This document shows, in pieces, positions 9,757 through 20,071 of a stretch of 62,503 bases of DNA. This DNA comes from an uncultured bacterium. Lineage in GTDB: Bacteria; Patescibacteriota; Minisyncoccia; Minisyncoccales; UBA5738. The first letter of the stretch is position 1. Every line of letters begins with the position of its first letter. The notes below the pieces were generated by a model. The model was not told the origin of the DNA, did no database searches, and worked only from the letters and a program-made list of their open reading frames with translations. The stretch is from contig CAINCQ010000004.1 of the NCBI GenBank assembly GCA_903847095.1, positions 1 through 62,503 on the forward strand, read 5' to 3'. A program made the translations under genes and the position numbers.

Positions 9757-9825
9757 GTTTGACAACCGGGAATTTTCCCGTATATTATGAACAGCACAAA
9801 ACACCGCCAAAAGGAGGTATTAATC

Positions 9826-10425
9826 GTGACAAACGTAACGATCGTCGGATGCCCACCCGAAATGATCGATCAATTAAAAAAGAGAATCAGAGAGGCTGTT
9901 GCCGGAATGAACAAGGGGTACGAATTGACCAGCGTCATCAGCGGTCCTTTAAGTTTTTGTGTCTCGATGAGCGATTTGACCCATTCCGAATCCTTTTTGC
10001 TTGTAAGGGACAGCAATGTTAGAAAAGCAAAACGGATCGGAAAACGGCTTCAGGAGAAACTGCGTATGGATGTCGAGGTTGGGAAAATCGAAGCATTCTA
10101 CCCGCGCGATGCCGGTCCAGACACGGAGCTATCGTGCCCGGTCAAGGCAACCTTCATTGTGGAACCGGGTTCAGTTTCGCTTGAGCTGATACACGAAGCT
10201 TGTGGCGGAAAAGCCGGAGCCAAATACCAGGATTTGCCCTGCGGCCCCGAAGATATGAAAAATCTGGTGATCAACTGCCGGGATTGCAGCTTCGACCAGA
10301 CCATACTGACGAACCGGGAAATGAGACGTGAACTTGCTCTGGTAACAAGCGGTCAGCAGGAAGAAGCGATATTGGGAATCGGACTGATCGATAAAAAATG
10401 CATAGTATTCATAAACCCGACTTAA
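9826..10425 (+). CDS. Hypothetical protein with C-terminal HxxC...CxxC putative Zn ribbon
   Basis: TTGACA-16-TATATT promoter at 9759-9786, AAGGAGG SD then GTG 9826; HEACG...CRDC; terminator at 10413-10440. Confidence 0.65.
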   Translation: MTNVTIVGCPPEMIDQLKKRIREAVAGMNKGYELTSVISGPLSFCVSMSDLTHSESFLLVRDSNVRKAKRIGKRLQEKLRMDVEVGKIEAFYPRDAGPDTELSCPVKATFIVEPGSVSLELIHEACGGKAGAKYQDLPCGPEDMKNLVINCRDCSFDQTILTNREMRRELALVTSGQQEEAILGIGLIDKKCIVFINPT

Positions 10426-10509
10426 AGGCCGGGTTTTTTTACGGCAATCTTGACAAATTAAGAAAATAAAGTATAATAATTAGCATTCGGAAATAAAGGA
10501 GACCGGAGA

Positions 10510-10809
10510 ATGGTAATACCGACAGAAACGTTTAGATACAAGGGCATGGAAAGTGCCGGACCGGACGGGGTCAGCGTTGATCACGAGAATTGCGGCCAGG
10601 AAGCGAAGGTAAAGTTTTTGCCTATTCAAAGTGAAAACATTTACCTTGAAGTTATTTGTGCTTGCGGCTTTAAGCAGACGATAGTGATGACCCAGGCTGA
10701 CAAGAAAAAGGCGCTTATGGCCATATTCTTGGGCCAGGAATATTCGATAGAAACCGGGTTTTCCGCGGATTCCAGAAAAAAATTCGTGCTCAAACCAAAA
10801 AAATCCTGA
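10510..10809 (+). CDS. Hypothetical protein, paralogue of the C-terminal domain of the previous gene
   Basis: HENCG...CACG; promoter TTGACA-16-TATAAT at 10450-10477; terminator hairpin at about 10801-10832. Confidence 0.7.
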   Translation: MVIPTETFRYKGMESAGPDGVSVDHENCGQEAKVKFLPIQSENIYLEVICACGFKQTIVMTQADKKKALMAIFLGQEYSIETGFSADSRKKFVLKPKKS

Positions 10810-10846
10810 TCAAAAGTCAGGATTTATTTTTTGGGGCAGCTTTGAG

Positions 10847-12379
10847 CTAATGGTTGTGGACAACTGTGCCTTCTCCGAGATCTTTCGAAAAACCTCCGAT
10901 CTTTCCTTCAGGAATCACGGGCAAGGTATTCTCAAAGATGTATTGCGCGTCGCCTTGGGTCATATTGGTGCAACCGGCGCTTTGGGGCGTTCCGAAATTG
11001 TCATGCCAGTAGGTGCCGTGGATCGCGTAATCGTAATTGTAAAACATTGTCCAGGGGATGTCTTTCAAATCATAGCGGTAACTGTGAAGAGGTGGTCCGC
11101 CTTGCATTTCCGCTTTGGTGAGCTTATACCAGACGCTGAACGTGCCTTTTTCGGTCGGGTTTTCAGCGCGTCCCGGCGATATGTAGGTGGCAAAGATCGG
11201 TAAGTCATAATCGAATAAGGTGAGAATCTTTTTTTCCAGATCGACATCGATCCATTTCTCGCCGGTTTTCACGGTTTCCGGGATGTTGAATTCGGCGGGA
11301 GGCTGGGGCTGGACCATGGGAGTGACATATTCGGAAAAAACATAGGAATGCGGATACTTTCCTCCATCGATCTCGTACCATAAATTGTTTTCGCCGATCA
11401 TTTCGCCAAAAACTTCTTTTAAAACTTTGACCCGGTTTATGGAAGAAAACGTTCCGATTTTTTTGGATCCGGCATCCGGACCGGTTCTGACGGCGATGCC
11501 GTTGGAATTGATCTCTCCCCACCAGCCAAGGTATTTAAAACGGTCGCGGCCCAAAATTCCCTGGACCGGCACTTCGCCCCGAAACATCCAGGTTCCGATC
11601 ATGGTCCGGTCGTCCGAGTCGGTGATTATAGCTTTGATCTGGTATTCCCGGTCGGTCTCGACTATTTCATTAAATTCGAATTGGTAAACATCGGGAATGG
11701 TTGATGTCGCGCTTGCGTCAACAAAGTTCCCTTGATAATAGACAATCGCTTTTTTAAGCGGGCTTTTCAGTTCGGCTTGGAAGCTGATCGTGCGGAGAGC
11801 GGGAAAGGCGGCCGAGTTGTCGGCGGGGCGCTGGTTTGAGATTTTAGGATAATTATCGTCCCCGGCTTTGAGAAGAATGACGGCATAAGGTCCGTCTTTT
11901 GATATTTCCACGGGAAGATAGGCTCCTTTCCGGAAGAGTTCCACGATTAATTTATTGTTATCAATATAATAATTAATGGAATCGATCAGGGGATTGTTCG
12001 CGACATCCTCATAATCGAATTCTTTTTTAATGGTGTTCACGCCATCAAAAGCGATGACTGATTTTGCCTGGTCGGTAAATTCGTCGATCCGGTAAGCTGG
12101 TATGGTATTTTGGGCGGATCCATTCGGCGTGAATTTTAAGGTGATCCGTGCTCCCGAATCGTCTATCCCGCTGGATATCGCGGAAACCGAATAACCACTG
12201 GTATTTTCGGGCGCGGTTTTGGCTGTTGGTTCTTTTTTGGTTTTGGAATTTCCGTTAATGACGGAATTCGATGGTGTTTGTTCCGGGTTTTTGATAAAAA
12301 ATAAATAAAAAAAACCGGCAGCCGCCGCGATCAGAACGATGCCAAGGATCAGCAATATTGGCCACGGATTCTTTTTCAT
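10847..12379 (-). CDS. L,D-transpeptidase (YkuD) family protein with N-terminal anchor and SH3-like domain
   Basis: WIDVDL, AIHGTYWHDNFGTPQSAGCTNM catalytic His/Cys motif; VRTGP...WYEI SH3b-like segment. Confidence 0.9.
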   Translation of the reverse strand: MKKNPWPILLILGIVLIAAAAGFFYLFFIKNPEQTPSNSVINGNSKTKKEPTAKTAPENTSGYSVSAISSGIDDSGARITLKFTPNGSAQNTIPAYRIDEFTDQAKSVIAFDGVNTIKKEFDYEDVANNPLIDSINYYIDNNKLIVELFRKGAYLPVEISKDGPYAVILLKAGDDNYPKISNQRPADNSAAFPALRTISFQAELKSPLKKAIVYYQGNFVDASATSTIPDVYQFEFNEIVETDREYQIKAIITDSDDRTMIGTWMFRGEVPVQGILGRDRFKYLGWWGEINSNGIAVRTGPDAGSKKIGTFSSINRVKVLKEVFGEMIGENNLWYEIDGGKYPHSYVFSEYVTPMVQPQPPAEFNIPETVKTGEKWIDVDLEKKILTLFDYDLPIFATYISPGRAENPTEKGTFSVWYKLTKAEMQGGPPLHSYRYDLKDIPWTMFYNYDYAIHGTYWHDNFGTPQSAGCTNMTQGDAQYIFENTLPVIPEGKIGGFSKDLGEGTVVHNH

Positions 12380-12629
12380 TTGGGGTTAGGGGAAATAACC
12401 AGCTAAGCGGTTCAAACGTCCTTTACTTAAAAATACCATAATTAGCCGGGACCATCAATCGTTCATATACTTTTTTTTGATGGCCATTGTTCCTTTTTTT
12501 TATCGGGAATCCGATTTTGAAAGAAGGCCGGAATCTGCTAAATTAAATATAGTGGTTGATTATTTCCGAATGCGGTCCAACCGATTTTTTGAGAACATGA
12601 AAAGGTCGAAAAACATCTGACAAAAAAAT

Positions 12630-13442
12630 ATGGAAAAAATAGAAATCAAATCAAAATACGAGTTATTGATGACCTCAAGTTTATTGATCCTTTGTCTTCT
12701 GCTGATCATAGTGATCATTTTCTTTGCCGTGCGGATCCAGAATGACATCAAGGCCGGTCAATATATCGGCCAGGAAGTTCAAAACATGAACGTGATCACC
12801 GCTACGGGGGTGGGAGACGTTAACTCAAATCCCGATCTGGCCCAAATGACCTTTTCGGTGATCAGCAACGCAAAGACAGTTTCGGAAGCCATGGCCGACA
12901 ATACGAAAAAGATGAATGCGGTAATTGTTTCCGTTAAGGGGCAGGGGGTCGAAGATAAGGATATGACGACGGCGTCGTTCAATATCTCTCCGACCTACGA
13001 TTACGTACAAGGCTTATGCACGACCGCGTCTTGTCCTCAATCCAACCGCGTTCTTACCGGTTATGAGGTTGACCAGTCTCTGCAGGTCAAGATCAGGGAT
13101 CTTTCGAAGATCGGCGCCATAATCGAAGGAGCAACGGCGGCGGGCGCCAACCAAACCGGAGATTTGCAATTCACGATCGATGATCAGGATTCCCTGGTCG
13201 CGCAAGCGAGGGTGAAAGCGATAGCCAAGGCTAAGGCGCAGGCCAGCCAACTTGCCAACCAGCTTGGAGTGAGATTGGTGAGGATTACGGGTTACAACGA
13301 GGGAAACAATATACCAACTCCGGTTTATTCGCTTTCGGCCAAGGCAATGGATACCGTGTCGGCTGGCGCGGGGGCCCCATCGATCCAAATCGGCCAGAAT
13401 AAGACGGAAGTATCGGTAAGTATCACTTACGAGATTCGTTGA
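12630..13442 (+). CDS. SIMPL/DUF541 family protein
   Basis: ITATGVGDV..PDLA, GYEV.QSL.VKIRD, AGAN, ARVKAI.KAK.QA..LA, VSITYEI. Confidence 0.9.
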   Translation: MEKIEIKSKYELLMTSSLLILCLLLIIVIIFFAVRIQNDIKAGQYIGQEVQNMNVITATGVGDVNSNPDLAQMTFSVISNAKTVSEAMADNTKKMNAVIVSVKGQGVEDKDMTTASFNISPTYDYVQGLCTTASCPQSNRVLTGYEVDQSLQVKIRDLSKIGAIIEGATAAGANQTGDLQFTIDDQDSLVAQARVKAIAKAKAQASQLANQLGVRLVRITGYNEGNNIPTPVYSLSAKAMDTVSAGAGAPSIQIGQNKTEVSVSITYEIR

Positions 13443-13722
13443 GCGGCCGGTCAACAAGCGAGAAAGTAAGCAGGTAAGTAAAAGCCGCCCATAGAGCGGC
13501 TTTTGCGTTAGTTCGAAGAGCGTTGGCGGTATAAGATCAAGGTTTGAGAAGCGGGTACTCATAGAAGTCGGGTAATTACCGTCCGCGCGTAGCTTCGGGG
13601 TGTCAAGGTGGGAGCGGGCCGAAATATCGACAATATCCGGCAAAAATGTCAAAGTGGAGGATGAGCTTTTTGAAAGAAAAGGCTTGCTGATTTTGTAGTA
13701 ATTTTGATCACACCTATCAATT

Positions 13723-14283
13723 ATGGAAGAAGCCAACGATGAAGATGTTGTAGCGCGAGTCCAGGCGGGGGACATGAGTTCATTCGATATTCTTATCGAG
13801 CGCTATGAAAAGAAGATCAAGCGCTATGCCCGGAAATTCCTCTTCAAAGACGATGCCGACGATATCGTCCAGGAAGTCTTCATTAAAGCCTATATCAATA
13901 TCAAAAGCTTTGATGCCGGAAAGAGATTTTCCCCCTGGATCTACCGAATCGCGCACAATGAATTTATTAACGCGATAAAGAAAAAAAAGACGGAGAAGAT
14001 CCTATTTTTCGATTTCGATCTGCTTTTTCCGCACCCGGCCGCGCGCGATAGCGCCGATGGCGAAGCGATAAACAACAGCCTTCGCTCGATGCTGGATAAG
14101 TGTCTTGATAAAATTAACGTCAAATATCGGGAACCGCTGGTGCTCTATTATTTCGAAAACCTTAATTATAAAGAGATCTCCGACATCCTCCATATCCCGG
14201 CTTCGACGGTCGGGGTGAGATTGGCCCGCGGCAAGGCCATTCTCAAAAAAAAGGTCAAAGAAACCGATCCTACCTATGAATAA
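13723..14283 (+). CDS. ECF RNA polymerase sigma-70 factor
   Basis: DADDIVQEVFIKAY, FSPWIYRIAHN, region 4 LNYKEISDILHIPASTVGVRLARG. Confidence 0.92.
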   Translation: MEEANDEDVVARVQAGDMSSFDILIERYEKKIKRYARKFLFKDDADDIVQEVFIKAYINIKSFDAGKRFSPWIYRIAHNEFINAIKKKKTEKILFFDFDLLFPHPAARDSADGEAINNSLRSMLDKCLDKINVKYREPLVLYYFENLNYKEISDILHIPASTVGVRLARGKAILKKKVKETDPTYE

Positions 14284-15037
14284 CCAAAACAACAACTCAT
14301 CGATCAACGCAACCGTGATGCAAGCGGTGCAGAGCGGCATGATCAAAATGCGGCCAAAATGGCATTTTATCCTGCGGGCGGCTCTGGCCATAATCGGTTC
14401 GATCGTTTTGGCGCTTTTCGCGCTTTACTTGGCCAGTTTTATTTTTTTCATGCTTTTGAGAACCGGGGCCTGGTTCATTCCCGCTTTTGGCTTTCACGCG
14501 ATTGTGGTGTTTCTGATTTCACTTCCTTGGCTTTTGATTCTGCTTACCGCGCTTTTCGTGATTATTTTAGAAGTGCTTGTCCGTCGCTATTCCTTCGCTT
14601 ATAGATGGCCGTTGCTTTATTCGGCGATCGCTATTATCTTGATTGTTCTGATCGGGGGTTTTGCCGTAGCCAAGACGCCGATCCATAAGCATTTGATCGA
14701 ATATGATCAAGGCAACGGGCCTTTGTGTTGCGGTGGCGTGTATCGCGACATGGATCGCCCCCGGTCCAACGACATTCATATCGGCATGATCATAGAATTT
14801 ACGGAAGACGGTTTTAGATTGCAAGACCGCAGCCAAGAGAATTTACGCGTGGTTGTTTCCAAAAAAACCAGGTTGCCATATGGCTCCGATTATTCGGTGA
14901 AAAACGTTGTGGTCGTTTTCGGACCCCTCCATGACAATATCATCGATGCTTTAGGGGTCCGCCGGATCGAGGAAATGGAGCCTTTTTTGATGGACCAGTC
15001 CGGTCCGCCGCCGGTTTTATATCAAGGAGCCGAGTAA
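14276..15037 (+). CDS. Membrane protein, probable anti-sigma/ECF-associated
   Basis: Overlaps the ECF stop; about 3 TM helices plus a C-terminal OB-like extracellular part. Confidence 0.65.
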   Translation: MNNQNNNSSINATVMQAVQSGMIKMRPKWHFILRAALAIIGSIVLALFALYLASFIFFMLLRTGAWFIPAFGFHAIVVFLISLPWLLILLTALFVIILEVLVRRYSFAYRWPLLYSAIAIILIVLIGGFAVAKTPIHKHLIEYDQGNGPLCCGGVYRDMDRPRSNDIHIGMIIEFTEDGFRLQDRSQENLRVVVSKKTRLPYGSDYSVKNVVVVFGPLHDNIIDALGVRRIEEMEPFLMDQSGPPPVLYQGAE

Positions 15038-15292
15038 AAGCCGGGAATGAAATTTTAGAAATTTTAAATTGTAGTAATTAAGCGTAAGGCCAAGGAACTT
15101 AGGTCGAAACAGGAGGAATTAAGAGCTTTGGTCTGACGGGTCGAGGGAGCTTGCGGCTTATTCGCCAAACGGCCAAGATGCCGCAAGCTCCGAAGGCCCT
15201 TTTCTTTTTTAAAAATCCGCATTGACGTTATATAATAAAACAAAGAATTCGCGGCCGGTCTTAAGCGAACAAAAATCAGAAAATCATAAAAT

Positions 15293-17029
15293 ATGTTAAA
15301 TCCCATCAAAAAGATCTTTGCTCATAAAAAAATTTCCGTTTTACTGATCGTTGCATTAGCGGTTGGCGGTTATTATTCGTACAAAGCTCTTAATCCGCAA
15401 AAAACAGCGGTCAGCTACACGACGGCAACGGCCCAAATCGGAACGGTCATCCAGTCTGTTTCCGGAACCGGGCAGATTTCAGCTTCCAACAAGATCGATC
15501 TTAAGGCGAAGACGGCCGGCGACGTAGCCTTGGTTAATGTTTCATCCGGACAAGCGGTAAAACAAGGCGACGTGCTGGTAAAAATCGATAGTTCGGATGC
15601 CACGCAAGCCGTCAAGGACGCGGAGATCGCATTGGAAACGGCCCAGCTTAACCTTGAAAAATTATTGAAACCGGTCGATGAGCTAACTTTAATGCAGGCC
15701 CAGAATTCCCTGACCGAGGCCCAGGATACAAAATCGAATGCCAAAGATTCGCTGGCCAAATCATACGATGACGCGTTCAATGATGTCGGAGGCGCTTTTC
15801 TCGACCTGCCCGCTATCATGATCGGCCTTCAGAATATCGTCCAAGGGTCCGATTCCACGGTTGTTCAGTCCAGCGCCAACTATCTGGAGTATTACTATAA
15901 TTCGGTAAGCCAATACTCCGCGGCCAGCGGTTATCTGCGCGATGCCAATACCGCTTACGCCAAGGCGCGCGTGGCCTACGATCAAAACACGGATGATTAT
16001 AAAAAAATCAATCGTTCTTCCGATGTGGCCACAATCGAATCGCTTTTGAACGAAACTTACGATACGACCAAGCAGATGGCCGACGCGATAAAGAACGTTA
16101 CCAATCTGGTCCAGTTTTACGAGGATAAGGCCGCGGAAAACAACGTGGTCCCTCAGACGTTCGCCGATAACCAGCTTGTCAGCCTGGCATCGTATTCAAG
16201 CAAGATTAACAGCCATTTGGCCGCGCTTCTTTCCGATAAGAATACGATCAAAGATGACAAAGATACGATCGTTGGTTCGGATCGGACGATCATTGAAAAA
16301 ACACTTTCTTTAAAAAACACTGAAGCCGGCGCCGACGAGCTTGATATCAGGGCTCAAAAAATAGCCGTTGACCAAAAAGCAGCCGCGTTATCCGACGCGA
16401 AAGAAAAATTAGCGGCTTGCATCATAACCGCGCCTTTCGACGGAACGGTTTCAAGCGTAGGCGTTACATCGGCGGATTCGGTTGTGTCCGGCGGAGTCGT
16501 GGTGACTCTGATTACAAACAGCCAGATAGCCGGGATTTCCTTGAACGAAGTCGATGTCGCCAAAATCAAGACCGGCCAACTGGTCACCCTGACTTTCGAT
16601 GCCATTGACGGTTTGACCCTCACGGGAAAAGTTTCCGAGATCGATACGGTTGGAGCGGTTTCCCAAGGAGTGGTGTCTTACGGGACTAAGATCGGTTTTG
16701 ATACGCAAGATGACCGGGTCAAACCGGGGATGAGTGTTACGGCTTCGATAATCACCGCTGCCAAACACGATGTTTTGACGGTTCCCAATGCCGCGGTAAA
16801 AACGGATAATAGCGGCGCTTATTATGTCGAGGTAATGAGCGGTTCCGGTATTCCTTCGCGGAAATCCGTAGAAACGGGACTGGCTAACGATGAATTAACC
16901 GAGATCACCAGTGGTTTGAATGAAGATGATACCGTTGTCGTCAGTTCCACTGCGGCCACTGCCTCCAAAGCCGCTGCTACGACCAGCGGATTCAATCCGT
17001 TTGGCGGCACGAGGGCCCCGGGTCGGTAG
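15293..17029 (+). CDS. MacA/HlyD-type membrane fusion adaptor
   Basis: N-terminal TM, lipoyl halves (VSSGQAVKQGDVL; ITAPFDGTV), long coiled coil, KPGMSV. Confidence 0.9.
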   Translation: MLNPIKKIFAHKKISVLLIVALAVGGYYSYKALNPQKTAVSYTTATAQIGTVIQSVSGTGQISASNKIDLKAKTAGDVALVNVSSGQAVKQGDVLVKIDSSDATQAVKDAEIALETAQLNLEKLLKPVDELTLMQAQNSLTEAQDTKSNAKDSLAKSYDDAFNDVGGAFLDLPAIMIGLQNIVQGSDSTVVQSSANYLEYYYNSVSQYSAASGYLRDANTAYAKARVAYDQNTDDYKKINRSSDVATIESLLNETYDTTKQMADAIKNVTNLVQFYEDKAAENNVVPQTFADNQLVSLASYSSKINSHLAALLSDKNTIKDDKDTIVGSDRTIIEKTLSLKNTEAGADELDIRAQKIAVDQKAAALSDAKEKLAACIITAPFDGTVSSVGVTSADSVVSGGVVVTLITNSQIAGISLNEVDVAKIKTGQLVTLTFDAIDGLTLTGKVSEIDTVGAVSQGVVSYGTKIGFDTQDDRVKPGMSVTASIITAAKHDVLTVPNAAVKTDNSGAYYVEVMSGSGIPSRKSVETGLANDELTEITSGLNEDDTVVVSSTAATASKAAATTSGFNPFGGTRAPGR

Positions 17030-17044
17030 AAATAGAATAAATCA

Positions 17045-17758
17045 ATGATTGACTGTAAGAATATCGTCAAAACATATAGTACCGGATCGATATCGACCAC
17101 CATTTTAAAAGGGGTGTCTTTTAAGATCGAGGAAGGTGAGTTCGTCGCCATTATGGGTCCGTCGGGTTCGGGCAAATCGACCTTGATGAACATTTTAGGC
17201 CTGCTGGACGCTCCGACAAGCGGGGAATATTATCTGGATGGCCATGACGTGTCCAAATTGAACGATGATGAATTGGCGGATATCAGGAAAAACAAGATCG
17301 GGTTTGTTTTCCAGTCTTTCAATTTGCTGAAGCGGACCACGGTTTTACGGAACGTGATGTTGCCGCTGGTTTACGCGGGCGTAAAATCAAAAGAAAGAGA
17401 AAAGATTGCGGTCGCGGCGCTTATTCACTCGGGATTGGAAAAACAGCATTACAACCATTTCTCGAACCAACTTTCCGGCGGACAAATGCAGAGGGTGGCG
17501 ATCGCGCGCGCTTTGGTCAACAATCCTTCTTTGATCTTGGCCGATGAGCCAACGGGAAATCTTGACTCAAAGACCGGGGAAATAGTGCTGGGCACTTTCC
17601 AGGACCTTAACGAAAAACAAAATCGGACGATCATTTTGATCACCCACGAACGGGAGGTCGCGGAATACACTAATCGCATTATTACGATTCGCGACGGAGA
17701 GATAGTCGAAGATAAAAAAAACAGCCGGCGGAAAGCCGGATCGGTAAGCCGTCCCTAA
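17045..17758 (+). CDS. ABC transporter ATPase (MacB/LolD-like)
   Basis: [31 protein letters not shown]. Confidence 0.95.
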   Translation: MIDCKNIVKTYSTGSISTTILKGVSFKIEEGEFVAIMGPSGSGKSTLMNILGLLDAPTSGEYYLDGHDVSKLNDDELADIRKNKIGFVFQSFNLLKRTTVLRNVMLPLVYAGVKSKEREKIAVAALIHSGLEKQHYNHFSNQLSGGQMQRVAIARALVNNPSLILADEPTGNLDSKTGEIVLGTFQDLNEKQNRTIILITHEREVAEYTNRIITIRDGEIVEDKKNSRRKAGSVSRP

Positions 17759-17762
17759 ATTC

Positions 17763-18986
17763 ATGTTTTTCACAGACATAATACAAGAAACATATCTGGC
17801 TTTGATGGCCAATAAGGCCCGGTCGGGTCTTACGATCCTTGGTATTGTCATCGGGATAGGTTCGGTGATCGCCATGGTTTCGATCGGCCAGGGAGTGCAG
17901 AGCTCCATTACTTCCAGTATCGAATCGCTGGGATCGAATTTGATCATGGTCCAACCGGGAACTCAGCGCGGAATCGGATCCCAGGTAAGTTCCGGCCGGG
18001 GGTCGTCGCAAACCCTCACACTGGCTGACGCGGAAGCGGTGAAACAACAGATAAGCCTGGTCGGAAACGTAGCTCCTGAAGCATCTTCTCGTTACCAGAT
18101 AACGGCTAAAGGAACGAACACGAATACCCAGGTTGTAGGAACGACTACGGCTTATTCGATCGTAAGGAACGTTTCGGTTGCGAGCGGGGTCTTTATTTCG
18201 GATCAAAACGTGAACAATTCGGCCAAGGTGGCGGTCATCGGGCCGACGGTACGCGTCGATCTTTTCGGAGAAGGGGTCGATCCGCTCGGAAAAACGATAA
18301 AAATCAACAAAATCGAATTCAAGGTGATCGGCATGACCAAGGAAAAAGGGGGCAGTGGCTTTTCCAACCAGGACGATATGATCTTTATACCGATTTCCAC
18401 GGCGCAAAAATTTTTAACGGGAAATGATTATCTGAGCACAATGAGCATTCAGGCCGTTGACGAGAAATCCATGACGGAATTGCAGAACCAAGTAAGCGCT
18501 TTGCTTTTAAGCCGGCATGGAATAACGGACCCGACAAAAGCGGATTTTTCGATCATGAACCAGGCCGACATTGTTTCCAGCATGTCCACGGTTACGCAGA
18601 CGCTAACGCTTTTGCTGGGCGCCATCGCGGGTATTTCCTTGGTCGTGGGCGGTATCGGCATTATGAACATGATGCTTACCACCGTTACCGAGAGGACGCG
18701 CGAAATCGGTTTACGTAAAGCCATCGGAGCCAAGAAAAAAGACATTACCGTGCAATTCCTGTCGGAGGCCGTAGCCCTGACGTTTATTGGCGGCGTGATC
18801 GGAATAATACTGGGCTGGCTGGCATCGCTGGCCATGACGCGGTTCGCCGGCATCACCACTACGGTTTCGATACCGTCGGTTTTCCTGGCCATTGGCGTTT
18901 CGGGAGCCATCGGCATTATTTTTGGCTATTATCCGGCTTGGCGGGCGGCCAAGCTGAATCCGATCGACGCTTTAAGGTATGAGTGA
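17763..18986 (+). CDS. MacB/FtsX-type ABC permease
   Basis: RSGLTILGIVIG, GGIGIMNMML..VTERTREIGLRKAIGA, PIDALRYE. Confidence 0.95.
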   Translation: MFFTDIIQETYLALMANKARSGLTILGIVIGIGSVIAMVSIGQGVQSSITSSIESLGSNLIMVQPGTQRGIGSQVSSGRGSSQTLTLADAEAVKQQISLVGNVAPEASSRYQITAKGTNTNTQVVGTTTAYSIVRNVSVASGVFISDQNVNNSAKVAVIGPTVRVDLFGEGVDPLGKTIKINKIEFKVIGMTKEKGGSGFSNQDDMIFIPISTAQKFLTGNDYLSTMSIQAVDEKSMTELQNQVSALLLSRHGITDPTKADFSIMNQADIVSSMSTVTQTLTLLLGAIAGISLVVGGIGIMNMMLTTVTERTREIGLRKAIGAKKKDITVQFLSEAVALTFIGGVIGIILGWLASLAMTRFAGITTTVSIPSVFLAIGVSGAIGIIFGYYPAWRAAKLNPIDALRYE

Positions 18987-19046
18987 TAATCGATCGATAA
19001 TAAGTTAAAAAAATAAATTAAATTAAAATAAATAATAATCAATAAA

Positions 19047-19898
19047 ATGAACATGAAAAAAATAGTACCGCTCATCATTATTTCCGCGCTGCTTGTGTCG
19101 GGAGTCGCTTACGCGGGCTATCGGTACGTGCAAGGGAAAAAGACGGCTGCCGGACCGCAAAACGGCCAATGGCAAAATCAGGGTGGCCCAAACTCCGGGC
19201 AAAAAGGCGCGGGAATGCGGCGCGCCGGCGGAATGGTCGCCGGAGAAATATCCGGCAAGGGAGCGGATAATTTAACGCTGAAATTGCCGGAAGGCGGGTC
19301 AAAGATTGTATTTTATTCCAATACGACAAAAGTGGTTTTATATTCCGATATTACCGCGGGAGACTTGGTTGTGGGTGACGAAGTAACCGTAATCGGGAAC
19401 AAGGGTGATGGCGGCGGTATAACTGCGGTATCCGTGCAGTCGGGAACGGTGTTGAATAAAAATTCCGCGCCGGGCGCGCCAAATGGCCAAAATACCAATT
19501 CGGACGTAAAGAATGCGAATGGCGGCCGGGGCGGAGCGGGAACCGGAAAAATGGACTTTACTTACGGACAAATAACGGCGACCGTGGATAAAGGTATTAC
19601 GGTAAAAATAAGCGATGGCACCGAAAAGAGCATCGCGCTGGATTCAAACACCAAATATTCAAAAATTTCCGAGGCCACTACAAACGATTTGATTGCCGGT
19701 AAAATCGTAGTGGTAATCGGCACCGCGAACACCGATGGAAGCGTTACGGCCCAATCGATCGAGATCCGGCCGGAACTCCCGGTTATTCCAAAGCAAAATC
19801 AACTGCAAAACGCTCCGCAAAAAAACGTACCCGCGGGACAAAATAACCAAGGCGGCGGCGGACAAGGCGGAGGCGCGCGTTTTCGTTTGGGCGACTAA
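19047..19898 (+). CDS. DUF5666-like tandem OB-fold exported protein
   Basis: Two repeats of the form GEI...TK.....DL..G..V.V.G..DG..TA; follows the ABC permease. Confidence 0.7.
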   Translation: MNMKKIVPLIIISALLVSGVAYAGYRYVQGKKTAAGPQNGQWQNQGGPNSGQKGAGMRRAGGMVAGEISGKGADNLTLKLPEGGSKIVFYSNTTKVVLYSDITAGDLVVGDEVTVIGNKGDGGGITAVSVQSGTVLNKNSAPGAPNGQNTNSDVKNANGGRGGAGTGKMDFTYGQITATVDKGITVKISDGTEKSIALDSNTKYSKISEATTNDLIAGKIVVVIGTANTDGSVTAQSIEIRPELPVIPKQNQLQNAPQKNVPAGQNNQGGGGQGGGARFRLGD

Positions 19899-20071
19899 AT
19901 TTTAGCCAATAAAAAAACGGGAAACGCTCCGAAGGTCAGACCGTCGGAGCGTTTTAAGGCAAATAGGGGGCGGGGAGGGTTGATTTTAGCGGAAAAAATG
20001 GTAATTTGGGGTAAATCCAATTAAAAACCGGCGATGGCGTTGTTGTCGCGGTGAAAAATTCGGCAAAAAAT

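Noticed and set aside
4498..10830. Integron cassette array
   Set aside because: No attC R''/R' boxes or integrase; the hairpins are unrelated U-tailed terminators.
13014..13775. 253-aa minus-strand ORF and other long antisense ORFs (2636-3292, 23715-24407, 29045-29740, 48996-49697, 58817-59818)
   Set aside because: These are shadows of well-supported genes on the opposite strand and carry no motifs.
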